Shown piece after piece: positions 9,641-19,618 of a DNA stretch of 64,000 nt. The notes beneath the pieces are model-generated. The model worked only from the letters and a program-made list of their open reading frames with translations, did not search any database and had not been told where the DNA came from. The DNA is taken from positions 128,001 through 192,000 of the forward strand of contig CAXXDV010000003.1 of NCBI GenBank assembly GCA_963674745.2. Direction: 5' to 3'. The DNA comes from Desulfosudaceae bacterium (GTDB taxonomy: Bacteria; Desulfobacterota; Desulfobacteria; Desulfobacterales; Desulfosudaceae). Each line of letters starts with the position of its first letter. The first letter of the stretch is position 1. The position numbers were made by a program, and so were the translations under genes.

Positions 9641-10939
9641 CTACAGGTAATAGATTTTTGACATATCTCCTTCTTTGACAATCTTTCTGTCTTCAGGCAC
9701 TTCTACCAGAACATCGGCTTTGGCCATGGGACTGAAAACACCGGACCGCTGTTCGGGGATGATCCATACGGTCTGCCGGTTATTTTCGGTTTTCAATTGA
9801 CCTCTTAAAAATTTCCGCCGCCCCGGCTGCAGGATGATGCTGTTCTGAACCGTTGCTGTTCCGGTCTTAAGGCCCCACCGGTTTTTACCGGACATTTTGT
9901 CAATAACGGGTCTTACAAATAAGTAGAAATTATTAACCGAGGAGACCGGGTTGCCCGGCAGCCCGAATATCAGGGTATGGCCCATTGTGCCGAAAAAGAG
10001 GGGCTTGCCCGGTTTTACTTTTACACGCCAGAAAATTTCCCGGACCCCGGCCCTTTGCAGGGTTTCGTGTACAATATCATAATCACCGACCGAAACACCG
10101 CCGGATAACAGCAAAATGTCAAAATGACGTCCGTCGTTGAGGGTTTTTAACAGATCATCCGACTTGTCCTGTACCACGCCCAGAAAAGTCGTATCCGCGC
10201 CACTTTCGGTAGTCAGCCCGTAAAGTGAATAACCGTTGATATCATAAATCCGGCCCGGCCCGGCAACGTCTCCGGGGCTGACCAGCTCACTCCCGGTGGA
10301 TATAATACCAATTTTCGGCCGGCAGGAGACCTCGACTTCCGCGACCCCGCAACTGGCCAGTACGCCCATAAGAAGCGCCGTAACCGTAGTACCCGTCTCG
10401 GCGATGCGCTGACCCGGCAGAATGTCCTGTCCTTTGTGGATGATATAATGATTGTCACCGACGGAATCAAAAATCAGGACGGTAGCACGATCCTCGGAAA
10501 GCGTATTTTCGATTTTGATGATTGCGTCCGCGCCTTCCGGCACCGGTGCCCCGGTCATGATCCTGGCCGCCTGGCCGGTCTTGACGATTTTGTCGGACAT
10601 GCTGCCGGCGGGAATTTCATCGATTACGGTTAATGGGACGGGGTTTTCCTTTGTTGCCGATTGAACGTCGTCACTTTTAACGGCATATCCGTCCATAGTG
10701 GACTTGTTGAATGGCGGGATGGCAATATCGCTTTCCACATCCTGCCGCAGAATCCGTCCCAAACTGTCTGCCAGTGCTACTGCTTCAGTGGCGATCTTTT
10801 GATCAGGCACATTTTCAAGACAGAGCTCGAGCGCGTTTTCATAATCCACCAGGCGTCGTTCAAAAACCGGTGGGACTTTTCTTTTTTCTAGCCCACTCAA
10901 ATCTGGAATCTGCTCGCTCGTGTTGTGGCTAAGTGTCAT
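9641..10939 (-). CDS. moeA: molybdopterin molybdotransferase MoeA
   Basis: PPFNKSTMDGYAV, IMTGAPVP, STGSEL, SGGVSVGDYD, KPGKP, LPGNPVS. Confidence 0.95.
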   Translation of the reverse strand: MTLSHNTSEQIPDLSGLEKRKVPPVFERRLVDYENALELCLENVPDQKIATEAVALADSLGRILRQDVESDIAIPPFNKSTMDGYAVKSDDVQSATKENPVPLTVIDEIPAGSMSDKIVKTGQAARIMTGAPVPEGADAIIKIENTLSEDRATVLIFDSVGDNHYIIHKGQDILPGQRIAETGTTVTALLMGVLASCGVAEVEVSCRPKIGIISTGSELVSPGDVAGPGRIYDINGYSLYGLTTESGADTTFLGVVQDKSDDLLKTLNDGRHFDILLLSGGVSVGDYDIVHETLQRAGVREIFWRVKVKPGKPLFFGTMGHTLIFGLPGNPVSSVNNFYLFVRPVIDKMSGKNRWGLKTGTATVQNSIILQPGRRKFLRGQLKTENNRQTVWIIPEQRSGVFSPMAKADVLVEVPEDRKIVKEGDMSKIYYL

Positions 10940-10981
10940 TCGTTTTCCTGTTCGATCAACAATGTCGATATCAAGGGGTTT

Positions 10982-13645
10982 CTATTTTTCATCTTCAGCC
11001 TCGTAGAGCTCCTTACCTTTTTCCAATGCCTCATCTTTCGTAAACGCAATGGGTTTGTAGCCGGCAATCGACAGAGCGGGATCATCAAGGCCGTCATAAA
11101 TAAGTTTGCCTATCTGATTTTCGTCAGTTGTTTCCCAGTAACAGTTACGGGCGGTTATCTCTTCGACGGTTTTCGCGTTCTGGTTGAACAGTTGAACCCC
11201 GGAGTTCTGCCTGATGACATTGCCGCCAAAGGACATTTTTCCGTTCATGAACACGCCACCGGTATTGCCGGTGCCGGAGGCTGTATTGTCTTCAATAATA
11301 TTGCCGCAGAACTTTTTGTTGTGCATGCTGATGCCCCAGTAATTGAGGAAGGCGCCGCCGCCCATTTTTCCGTTTATGCTGTTGCCGGCAATGATATTGC
11401 CATAGATCGTGCTGTTGGCTTCGACAAAAAGGCCGCCGCCCTTTCGCGCCTGGTTGTCGTTAATCAGATTTTCGTTAATACGCGAGAAACTGGCAAAGAT
11501 TCCACCACCTTTTGCTTCAGTGTGATTGTTGACGATTTTATTGTCGACCACTGCCGTTCGTGATGTCCAGATACCACCACCATCACCCTGACTGGTGTTG
11601 TTTTCTATGACATTGTTCCGGATATCGACCGCCACGTTGGTAAGATAACCATAGGCGAAGATACCGCCTCCATCAGCTGCGGTATTACCGGTTAAGCGAT
11701 TGTCATGAATAAGAACGTTTTTGCTGCCATAAACGTAAATACCGCCGCCGTCTGTATCGCTGACATTGTTTTGAATGGTGCAACCCTTGATGGTCGCGAT
11801 TGACTCTTTGATACGGATGCCGGTACCGCTGTTGTTTTTTATAATGCAGTCAACCACGTCGGTACCGTAACCATCCATCAGCAGGCCGCTGCCGTTTTCA
11901 ATAATACAACAGCGTAGCATGTTCTCTGTCTTGGCCGTGACGGCCTGATCCGCGACGTCCAGGCTGCGGCTTTCAAAAAATATTCGGCCCCAGGGACGCT
12001 GACGGTCTCCGGTAAACCGGATCATTTCCGCTTTGTTCCCGACAGCCGTTAATTGCCCGCGAATTCTGATGGTGGCCCCTTCATCCAGATACAATTCACT
12101 CCCGGGAACGATATCCAGCCGGGCACCTTCCAGAATCAGCAGGTTTCCGATAACCTTATAACGTTTTGCCTCGTTCTGTCCCAGGGTTGTATCGGTCTCG
12201 ATCGTTCCCCGTATCATACCCGGTTCGAGGGTTTCGGCAGTTACGCCGGTTGTCAGCTTTTGGATGTCCAATACGGCGTATGCCTTTTCACTCGGCAGCC
12301 GGCGATAGGGCTTCCAGCTGACCAGCCCGACCTCCGAATCTTCCAGCCAGTCGTAAACCAGTTTTTCAATAACATTTTCGTCGTCGGTTCCCCAGTAATT
12401 ACCGGTTGCCTTCAAGTCCGGTGAAAGGCTGTGAGACAGGAATTCAAGGGCGTATCCGCTCGATGCAATGATGTTGTTATCTTCCAGTGAAGGATTGCCG
12501 GACAGCGTGATGGCGGAATTGATGCCGGGTTGCAGGCCTTTGTTGCCGATCACTGTATTGCCCCGGATAATACCATCGCCCAGATGATAAAGCCCGGTAC
12601 CGTTGTCGGCGGCATTGTTCTCCAGCAGATTGTATTCCAGTTCGCAATTTTCAGAGTAAACGCCGCCGCCGTGATGGGATTGGTTACCGGACACGACATT
12701 GTTTTTCAACACCGAGCTGATGGTGAAGATGCCGCCGCCGAAAAGTTCGGACCGGTTATTACGAACGGTATTGCCCGTTACTTCAGACGCAAAGGCGAAT
12801 ATGCCGCCTGCCTTACGATCGCTGATGTTGTTTCTGACAACGTTATTTTTCACCACCACTTTACCGTCATTATAGGCAAAGGCATAAATACCGCCGCCCC
12901 CGTCACGGCCGCCGTGGGAAAAATTATCATAAACCTCATTGTCTTCGATGCGGACAGAAGAATCCGTATAGACATTGATGCCGGCGCCGTTTCCGGTTTC
13001 CGTCTGGCGCTCGGTAGAATTGTTGTATATCTTGTTTCCGGCAATAATGCCTGAGGCATATTCAAACTTGATAGCAGTTGAAATATGTTCCCGGAAAATG
13101 CACCGGGATATTTCTGCCCCGCTGGAATTGACGTTTATCCCTTTTCCGTATTCGATGATACAGTGTTCAAGCACGACACGGGAGTTTTCAGAATGCGGGT
13201 TTGGAATACAGTTGTTAAACTCGACCGCTTCCCAGTGTTCGCCTTCCTTTTCATGCGTAAAAACAATCGGTTCTGCTTCAGTCCCTCTGGCGATGACGAT
13301 CCCCTGGCAGCGGAACATGTCATCTTTTTTCAATATGATTTTTACGCCAGGGTCGATGGTCAGGGTAACCCCGGGAAGCACCAGTATGTTACCGGTGGCA
13401 TAAAAGGGACTGTCCTTTTTTTTCCAGTGTGTGTCCTTATAAACCAACTGATCATAATGGGGAATTTTCGGTTTCTTAATTTTAACGTAAAGATTCACCC
13501 AGAAGGAGTTGGCCACTTCGGCATAATCTTCATAGTTGTTCAGGTTGGTGACCTTGCTGAGAGAACAGGCCGAAAAACAGCATGTTAAAAACAGAAGAAC
13601 AGCAAGACGGATCAGGGGATTAGCGGTTAAAGGATAGTTTTTCAT
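10982..13645 (-). CDS. parallel beta-helix (pectin-lyase fold) lipoprotein with two tandem modules
   Basis: RBS CAGGAGG before ATG 13645; lipobox-like CFSA-C; many GGGIY/GGGIF repeats with Asn ladders; duplicated halves. Confidence 0.85.
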   Translation of the reverse strand: MKNYPLTANPLIRLAVLLFLTCCFSACSLSKVTNLNNYEDYAEVANSFWVNLYVKIKKPKIPHYDQLVYKDTHWKKKDSPFYATGNILVLPGVTLTIDPGVKIILKKDDMFRCQGIVIARGTEAEPIVFTHEKEGEHWEAVEFNNCIPNPHSENSRVVLEHCIIEYGKGINVNSSGAEISRCIFREHISTAIKFEYASGIIAGNKIYNNSTERQTETGNGAGINVYTDSSVRIEDNEVYDNFSHGGRDGGGGIYAFAYNDGKVVVKNNVVRNNISDRKAGGIFAFASEVTGNTVRNNRSELFGGGIFTISSVLKNNVVSGNQSHHGGGVYSENCELEYNLLENNAADNGTGLYHLGDGIIRGNTVIGNKGLQPGINSAITLSGNPSLEDNNIIASSGYALEFLSHSLSPDLKATGNYWGTDDENVIEKLVYDWLEDSEVGLVSWKPYRRLPSEKAYAVLDIQKLTTGVTAETLEPGMIRGTIETDTTLGQNEAKRYKVIGNLLILEGARLDIVPGSELYLDEGATIRIRGQLTAVGNKAEMIRFTGDRQRPWGRIFFESRSLDVADQAVTAKTENMLRCCIIENGSGLLMDGYGTDVVDCIIKNNSGTGIRIKESIATIKGCTIQNNVSDTDGGGIYVYGSKNVLIHDNRLTGNTAADGGGIFAYGYLTNVAVDIRNNVIENNTSQGDGGGIWTSRTAVVDNKIVNNHTEAKGGGIFASFSRINENLINDNQARKGGGLFVEANSTIYGNIIAGNSINGKMGGGAFLNYWGISMHNKKFCGNIIEDNTASGTGNTGGVFMNGKMSFGGNVIRQNSGVQLFNQNAKTVEEITARNCYWETTDENQIGKLIYDGLDDPALSIAGYKPIAFTKDEALEKGKELYEAEDEK

Positions 13646-13703
13646 GATAATATCCTCCTGAAAAGTCGATATAAACCGGATGACCGGGCAGGTGTTTCGG
13701 GCC

Positions 13704-13749
13704 CCCATCAGGCCTGATGGGTTTTAATCCGGTCAGGCCTGGCGGATTA
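13704..13749. repeat. two adjacent hairpins sharing a TCAGGCCTG core (REP-like)
   Basis: Perfect palindrome CCCATCAGGCCTGATGGG (13704-13721) and TAATCCGGTCAGGCCTGGCGGATTA (13725-13749). Confidence 0.65.
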
Positions 13750-13806
13750 TCAGACCGTTTCCTGCGGATAACGGCCATCCTATATTTAACCAGTAATCCT
13801 ATTATA

Positions 13807-16041
13807 TTAGTAATTACTGAAATCAAAAGTCTTAACTTCGCGTTGTTTCTCTTCTTCTTTTACGGGTTCGGGTACTTCTTCCATAAACATCAAAAAAAGC
13901 GTTGTCCGTTCCATCCAGGTCTCAGGGTCAGGGATGCGCGGCACCTTGTCCGGGGTGTAAAAAACATAGGGCATCCTGGTCTGGATACCGGCGTAAACTC
14001 CCGGATCCCGCAGAAAGTTGATGATCCATTGATATCTCAGCCGCTTTTTGGACAACATCAGGTCTATTGACATGTCTTCCAGCTTTTTGCCTTCAGGTGG
14101 TTCCCCGGTAAAATTGATCGGATGGCATTGCATGCACTTATCATTTCTGAACCGGTATTTACCCATTTCAAGGGTTTTATCATCATAATCTGTTTTGACC
14201 AGTTCCGGTTCATATGGGATGGTGGCCCCAGTCTGTTTGTCTTCTGACATGAGTGCGTGCAGGTACTCGATCAACAAAGTCAATTCGTTATAAGAAAAAT
14301 CAAAGGTCGGCATTCGGATCTGCAGCCAGGGCCTCATGGCGGTCGGTCGTTTCAGGTAGTTAAACAGCCAGTCGGGCTGAACTTTTTCAGGCTCATCGAT
14401 AATCATGGGCGGAACCATGGTTTTCCTGTCAAGGTACCCATCAATCCGGGGTTTAGCCGCATCTTTGAGCATCTGGTGGCACCCCTGGCAATTAAAATGT
14501 CGAAGCATCCAGTCGCCCCGTTCTTTCATGCGGTCCGACCCGGAGGCCCGGGCAATAAAGTTTTCGGGGGCATTCAGCAGCCGGTTATACAGATAGAAAA
14601 TTACCAGCTGGTCAAGTTCGTCCTCGGACATGACATAATTCGGCATATACATGGGCATGTCTTCGGTCTGATAAATCTCCGGTTTGGCGATTTTATTCCG
14701 CAGCCAGTCCCACTTGGTATGGGAAACATCCGAATAGCCGAAGGGCAATTCCTCCATGCGCTTGTCAGCGACATCCATAACGCTTACACCGACTTTGGCC
14801 GGGTCCGCTTTGTCCTTGATTTTGTGGCAGCCCAGGCACCCCAGGCTCTGAATCAGCGCTTTGCCCTCTTCGCTGTTGCCCGGTGGAACGTCTTCTTTTA
14901 TTAACGATTTAGCTTCGCTGTCCTTTAAAGAGGCCACATAGGCCGTCAGATTGTTAACATCATCCGCAGTCAACTCGACATTCGGCATCCAGGTGTCAGG
15001 ATTGACGGCTTTGGGGTTGTCAATCCAGTTATAGAGCCAGTCGGTTTTCATTTTTAAACCGGCATCGGACAGTAAGGGTACCCGGCGGGAATAGCCGGGC
15101 TTGTCGCGCTCCTGGCTGTGGCAGGCGATGCAGCCTTTATCTGTAAACAATTGACGTCCGGTTTTAACAACGCCTTTGGGGTTGTTGTCTTTCTCAAGCA
15201 TTAAAGCCTCATCAGGCAGTGAGTAGATATAGTCGGTAATATCCCGGATCTGTTCGGGACTGATTCTGAATTTCGGCATGAGCGTGGCCGGGCGGACCGC
15301 TTCCGGATTTTCGATCCATGTGGCCACCCAGTTCCGGTCTTGGATTTTTTTCGCCAACCCGGAGAAAGGTGCTGAATATTTTGGCAACTCTTCCATAACA
15401 TTGGCATCATGACATCCGTAGCACCCCATTTCTACAAAATTTGTCCTGCCTTGGGAAGCTTTTTCTGCGCCCTCGAGCCCGAAGACCACCTCATGACATT
15501 CAAGGCAGGTACTTTGCGCGTACTTTAAGGGCAGCCTGGGCAGTTCCCAGTTTTCTTCATGTCCGTGCGCTTTTTCGACGGTCAGGCCGACGCCCTGACC
15601 ATGATGGCACAGGGTACAGCCGAAATTATCAATTTTATGGGTTTTTAATATTTCCGGCGGATGGGCCTTGAGCGGGTTTTCTGAATCAGTGAAAAGGCTG
15701 TTTTTCATCCCGATATGGCAGGTCATGCACAGGTCACGGGTCTGTGATCCGGGCAGGAACACCTGCCGCATCTTGACGGCCTGTGACCGCTCCTGGTCGG
15801 CCTTCAGTTTCGCCCATTTTTTCAGGCTGATTTCATCACCGGCCTGTTCCGCTTCCTGGATTTTTACATTCAGTTTTTCAATATACCGGCTGTTATATTC
15901 AGCCTGATATTTTTTCCATTTGTTCCGGTTATTCTGTTCTCTTACCACGACGCCGATAATCGTCATTAGAATCAGCACAGAAACAACGCCAAACAGCACC
16001 CTTAACTTGAATTTCGCCTGGATAAATTTCGTCTTTTTCAT
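13807..16041 (-). CDS. membrane-anchored octaheme cytochrome c
   Basis: N-terminal TM helix; 8 CxxCH motifs (CMTCH, CTLCH, CLECH, CYGCH, CIACH, CLGCH, CQGCH, CMQCH); start overlaps the upstream stop. Confidence 0.92.
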   Translation of the reverse strand: MKKTKFIQAKFKLRVLFGVVSVLILMTIIGVVVREQNNRNKWKKYQAEYNSRYIEKLNVKIQEAEQAGDEISLKKWAKLKADQERSQAVKMRQVFLPGSQTRDLCMTCHIGMKNSLFTDSENPLKAHPPEILKTHKIDNFGCTLCHHGQGVGLTVEKAHGHEENWELPRLPLKYAQSTCLECHEVVFGLEGAEKASQGRTNFVEMGCYGCHDANVMEELPKYSAPFSGLAKKIQDRNWVATWIENPEAVRPATLMPKFRISPEQIRDITDYIYSLPDEALMLEKDNNPKGVVKTGRQLFTDKGCIACHSQERDKPGYSRRVPLLSDAGLKMKTDWLYNWIDNPKAVNPDTWMPNVELTADDVNNLTAYVASLKDSEAKSLIKEDVPPGNSEEGKALIQSLGCLGCHKIKDKADPAKVGVSVMDVADKRMEELPFGYSDVSHTKWDWLRNKIAKPEIYQTEDMPMYMPNYVMSEDELDQLVIFYLYNRLLNAPENFIARASGSDRMKERGDWMLRHFNCQGCHQMLKDAAKPRIDGYLDRKTMVPPMIIDEPEKVQPDWLFNYLKRPTAMRPWLQIRMPTFDFSYNELTLLIEYLHALMSEDKQTGATIPYEPELVKTDYDDKTLEMGKYRFRNDKCMQCHPINFTGEPPEGKKLEDMSIDLMLSKKRLRYQWIINFLRDPGVYAGIQTRMPYVFYTPDKVPRIPDPETWMERTTLFLMFMEEVPEPVKEEEKQREVKTFDFSNY

Positions 16042-16769
16042 ATCGAGAAATAGGGAGTAACAATAATATATTTAACATGAAAGAAAAGCCGGAGAACGAT
16101 TTTAATAATCGTTCCGAACATCAGCAGGATCATCACCATTGTCGTAAAATACCGGAAAGGCCCCAGGGTTTTGTAAAACTGTTTTTTAAGCAGGGCCGGC
16201 AGGCCGATGCCCAGTGTAAAATAGAGCACGACCAGGGTATAGCCCAGGATGGCGGGCAGGTTGACCAATTGTTCTTCAGCGTCCTTGGCAATGGACCAGT
16301 CCTCCCAGGGCCAGTAAAAGTGCCAGTTGGGGCCTCTGAAAAACTGGCCGAAAACGATCAGCACGAACCACAGGGTGTAACCGACCATAAACATTGAAAC
16401 GGACAGTTTCCGGTCTTTAAGGTTATATTCGCCAACGCCTTTGGGATTGGGGTCAATATAAGGAATGATCATCAACCCGACAATGATCAGTCCGGGTAAC
16501 ATGACACCGGCGATCCAGGGATCGAAATAAACCAGCATTTCCTGCAGGCCGATGAAATACCAGGGCGCCTTGGCGGGATTTTCCGTCCAGTTGGGATCGG
16601 CGATTGCTTTTAAAGGCGCGTCAATTCCCATTGACCAGATGGAAAGAACCATGATCGCTATAAGAATCGCAATGAACTCTCTGGAAACCAGATCCGGGAT
16701 GGTGAAGACATATTCCTCTTTCAATTCACCACCTGATTGTTCCATTTGTTTGTTTTCAGCCGTTTCCAT
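16038..16769 (-). CDS. cytochrome b6f subunit IV-like protein (C-terminal part of split cytochrome b)
   Basis: ADPNWTENPAKAPWYF (PEWY-equivalent), PYIDPNP, about 5 TM segments. Confidence 0.88.
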   Translation of the reverse strand: METAENKQMEQSGGELKEEYVFTIPDLVSREFIAILIAIMVLSIWSMGIDAPLKAIADPNWTENPAKAPWYFIGLQEMLVYFDPWIAGVMLPGLIIVGLMIIPYIDPNPKGVGEYNLKDRKLSVSMFMVGYTLWFVLIVFGQFFRGPNWHFYWPWEDWSIAKDAEEQLVNLPAILGYTLVVLYFTLGIGLPALLKKQFYKTLGPFRYFTTMVMILLMFGTIIKIVLRLFFHVKYIIVTPYFSI

Positions 16770-16778
16770 TTTATTTCC

Positions 16779-17540
16779 TTACAGGGGCCTTGAAATTCCG
16801 CCGTCTTTTCTGATGCGCCAGAAGTGAACGGCCATCAAGAGGACACAGGCGACCGGCAACAGGACACAATGAAGCACGTAGAAACGCAGCAAGGCGTTGC
16901 CGCCCACCTGGTTGTCACCCAGCAGCAGAAACTGCATGTCGTTGTATTGCGTAATGCCGAGCAATTGGTGAAAGGGCCCTTCGTTTCCCAGAAAGGGCGT
17001 GGCCGCTGCCATCTTGGTGCCCACCGTGATGGCCCAGAAGGCAATCTGGTCCCAGGGCAGCAGATAACCGGTAAAGCTGAGCAGCAGCGTTATGACCAGC
17101 AGAAATACCCCGATGACCCAGTTGAACTCTCTGGGTGGTTTATAAGAGCTGGTCAGAAAAACGCGAAGCATGTGCAGCATCACCAGGATAACCATGGCAT
17201 GAGCCGCCCAGCGGTGCATATTTCTTAAAAACATGCCGAACAGCACCGTGTGCTCAATCAGCTTCATGTCCAGATAGGCATATTCCGGAACCGGCCGGTA
17301 ATAAAACATGAGCAGAATACCGGTAATGGTTTCGATGATGAACATCAGCATGGTCAGGCCGCCCAGGCAGAACGTGAACCGGAATTTCAGCGCCGAGGCT
17401 TTTATCTGCACCGGATGAAGATGCATAAAAACATTGGCGGTAACGGCCAGGGCCTTGTTCCTGGGTGTATCTGTAAACTTGTGCCTGAAAATCGAGCGCC
17501 AGGCCGCGCTTTCCGTAATTTTATTCAGCTTCATGTCCAA
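16779..17540 (-). CDS. cytochrome b6-like protein (N-terminal part of split cytochrome b)
   Basis: FCLGG (heme ci Cys), [37 protein letters not shown]; start may be TTG 17540 or ATG 17534. Confidence 0.93.
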   Translation of the reverse strand: MDMKLNKITESAAWRSIFRHKFTDTPRNKALAVTANVFMHLHPVQIKASALKFRFTFCLGGLTMLMFIIETITGILLMFYYRPVPEYAYLDMKLIEHTVLFGMFLRNMHRWAAHAMVILVMLHMLRVFLTSSYKPPREFNWVIGVFLLVITLLLSFTGYLLPWDQIAFWAITVGTKMAAATPFLGNEGPFHQLLGITQYNDMQFLLLGDNQVGGNALLRFYVLHCVLLPVACVLLMAVHFWRIRKDGGISRPL

Positions 17541-18296
17541 TTAATCCGCCAGGGTGTTTTTCAGATAAGTAAAGTCGGCGGTGATAAAGCGGTCAAGGAT
17601 ATTGATCAGATCAACATAAAACACCACAGCCGCGTCAGGTTCGGCTATTTCACTTACGACACCCTGCATCCGTTCTGCCAGGCTTGATGCCCATTTGACC
17701 GTATGGTGTTCCATAAAATCTTTCTGGGCCAGAAAATAACCATTTGTTTCCTTCTCGTCCTGCATGGCCCTTAAGGTTAAAAAAGCCAGGTAATGCATGA
17801 ATTCCAGTTCGTAGGTAATATGGTCGGGCCGGTCTTCCTGGGGGCCTTCTTTATAACTCAGCCCGAAATTGTTATAAAAGCGGATCAAATCTTCGAAAAT
17901 GGCCCGGCGATTGGCGTCTTTATTGTATTTTCCTTCAATCAGGGGGCAGGGCGGATCTCCCGGCCCGGCTTCGAACAAACGGATAAATTCAGCTTCAACA
18001 TCATCATCACTCAGGTTTTCGGGGAAGACCAGCGCCTTTTTTTCCTTGTCGGTGAGTTCATACGCAAAGGGCAGTGCTGAAATGATGTCGGTCAGACCGT
18101 CAACCAGTTCGCCATTCCGGACAAAATTCCGGAAAGCCTCGTCCGGGTAACGGAAAACATCGGCCATTAAGGCATACATGTTACTTCTTGCCGCAGTTTC
18201 TTTTTCATTGTCGGTTTTCAATGTGTCGGTTTGAAAAACCTCGCTGAAGACATCACCGTTCTGCTCGACTGTTTTTTTCTCCGCAACTTGATTCAT
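17541..18296 (-). CDS. type II DMSO-reductase family maturation chaperone (EbdD/TorD-like delta subunit)
   Basis: RPDHITYELEFMHYL motif; position after the beta subunit. Confidence 0.9.
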   Translation of the reverse strand: MNQVAEKKTVEQNGDVFSEVFQTDTLKTDNEKETAARSNMYALMADVFRYPDEAFRNFVRNGELVDGLTDIISALPFAYELTDKEKKALVFPENLSDDDVEAEFIRLFEAGPGDPPCPLIEGKYNKDANRRAIFEDLIRFYNNFGLSYKEGPQEDRPDHITYELEFMHYLAFLTLRAMQDEKETNGYFLAQKDFMEHHTVKWASSLAERMQGVVSEIAEPDAAVVFYVDLINILDRFITADFTYLKNTLAD

Positions 18297-18351
18297 TGGC
18301 TTATCCTGTAAGGGATTATCGTATTTTACCGATTTGTTTATCGGAGGGATT

Positions 18352-18384
18352 TATCCGCCGACCGGAAAGACCGGCCGGCGGATA
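18352..18384. other. intergenic GC-rich stem-loop after the beta subunit gene
   Basis: TATCCGCCG-a-CCGG-aaaga-CCGG-c-CGGCGGATA; no U-tract on the coding strand. Confidence 0.6.
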
Positions 18385-18395
18385 GAGAAAGCTTA

Positions 18396-19559
18396 TTATT
18401 TTGTTCCCGGCCGGTCATAGGTCACGCCTTTGGGCTGTACCCGGTTCATGATGGCGGGATCTTTATTGAACTGGTCGAACATCTTGGTCCATTCCTTGGC
18501 AATCAGGATTTCCATGAGTTCGGAACGGCCGCCGTTTCTGACCTTTTCCAGTTCCTTATTCATGATATCCAGGGCGTTGTCCACTTCCGGGCCGAACAGG
18601 TAACGCAGGTATTCCCGGGGGATTCTCGGTTTGGACGTGTCCACCTTTCCGTTTGTGTCCAGTCTGGGCGGGGCAAACGGTGGAACGTAAAAGACGTTGG
18701 GGTTGGTGCCGAACTCGGCATGAAGCGGCAGAGCGACTTTCCACACCTTGACCAGTTTGTAAATGAGGCTTTCGGGTTTGTCCACGAAACCGACCCAGCG
18801 GACCCTGCCCGTACACTGCCGGGCACAGGCATTGGCTACGTTTTGTTCCAGCCGGGGATAGCAGAAAATGCATTTCATGCTTTTTTCGGTGATGAAGTTA
18901 AAATAGATCACCTTATAGGGACATGCTTCCAGGCAGAACCGATAGCCCTTGCAACGATCCTGGTCAATGACGACCGCACCGTCTGATTCCCGCTTATAAA
19001 TGGCGTTTCTCGGGCAGGCATCCAGACAGGCCGGGTAGGCGCAATGGTTACAAATTCTGGGCAGGTAAAAATAGAACGAGTTGGGATAGGTGCCGGCACC
19101 CTGGTCTTCATCCCAGTTCATGCCCCATTCCGGGATGCTGCCGTCTTCCTTGTTTCTGGCCTGGAGGTGCACTTCCCCGGCTTTGTTGTTGACAACCTCG
19201 TTCCAGTTGTAATCCCAGTCATCTCCAAACTCTTTTTTGGTGGGATGCTTGCCGCGGACCGGTTCCATGACCTCGCCGCCGAATTTTACCTTGTAGCCGC
19301 CGCCCATCTTCTGCCAGTCTTTGGGGGATCCCAAACCGGGCATGGTGTTGACTTTGTTCCACCACATGTATTCACGACCTTCAAAACTGGTCCACAGGGT
19401 TTTGCAGGCCATGGAACAGAGCTGGCAGCCGATGCATTTGTTCAGGTCCATGACCATGCCGACCTGGTGATCACATTTTCGAAGATTCTCCTTGGTCGCC
19501 TCAAAGGCCTGGGCCAGTTCTTTTTCCCTGTCTGTAAGTTTTTTTTCTTCAACAGCCAT
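18396..19559 (-). CDS. EBDH-family Fe-S beta subunit (three 4Fe-4S, one 3Fe-4S)
   Basis: DLNKCIGCQLCSMAC, CNHCAYPACLDAC, CKGYRFCLEACP, CIFCYPR..CARQC, PLHAEFGTNPNVFYVPP. Confidence 0.95.
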   Translation of the reverse strand: MAVEEKKLTDREKELAQAFEATKENLRKCDHQVGMVMDLNKCIGCQLCSMACKTLWTSFEGREYMWWNKVNTMPGLGSPKDWQKMGGGYKVKFGGEVMEPVRGKHPTKKEFGDDWDYNWNEVVNNKAGEVHLQARNKEDGSIPEWGMNWDEDQGAGTYPNSFYFYLPRICNHCAYPACLDACPRNAIYKRESDGAVVIDQDRCKGYRFCLEACPYKVIYFNFITEKSMKCIFCYPRLEQNVANACARQCTGRVRWVGFVDKPESLIYKLVKVWKVALPLHAEFGTNPNVFYVPPFAPPRLDTNGKVDTSKPRIPREYLRYLFGPEVDNALDIMNKELEKVRNGGRSELMEILIAKEWTKMFDQFNKDPAIMNRVQPKGVTYDRPGTK

Positions 19560-19618
19560 GGGTATATCTCCTTATATTAAATTTTGTTGTTCGCAAAAAG
19601 GGTATCTGCCGGCCGTTG

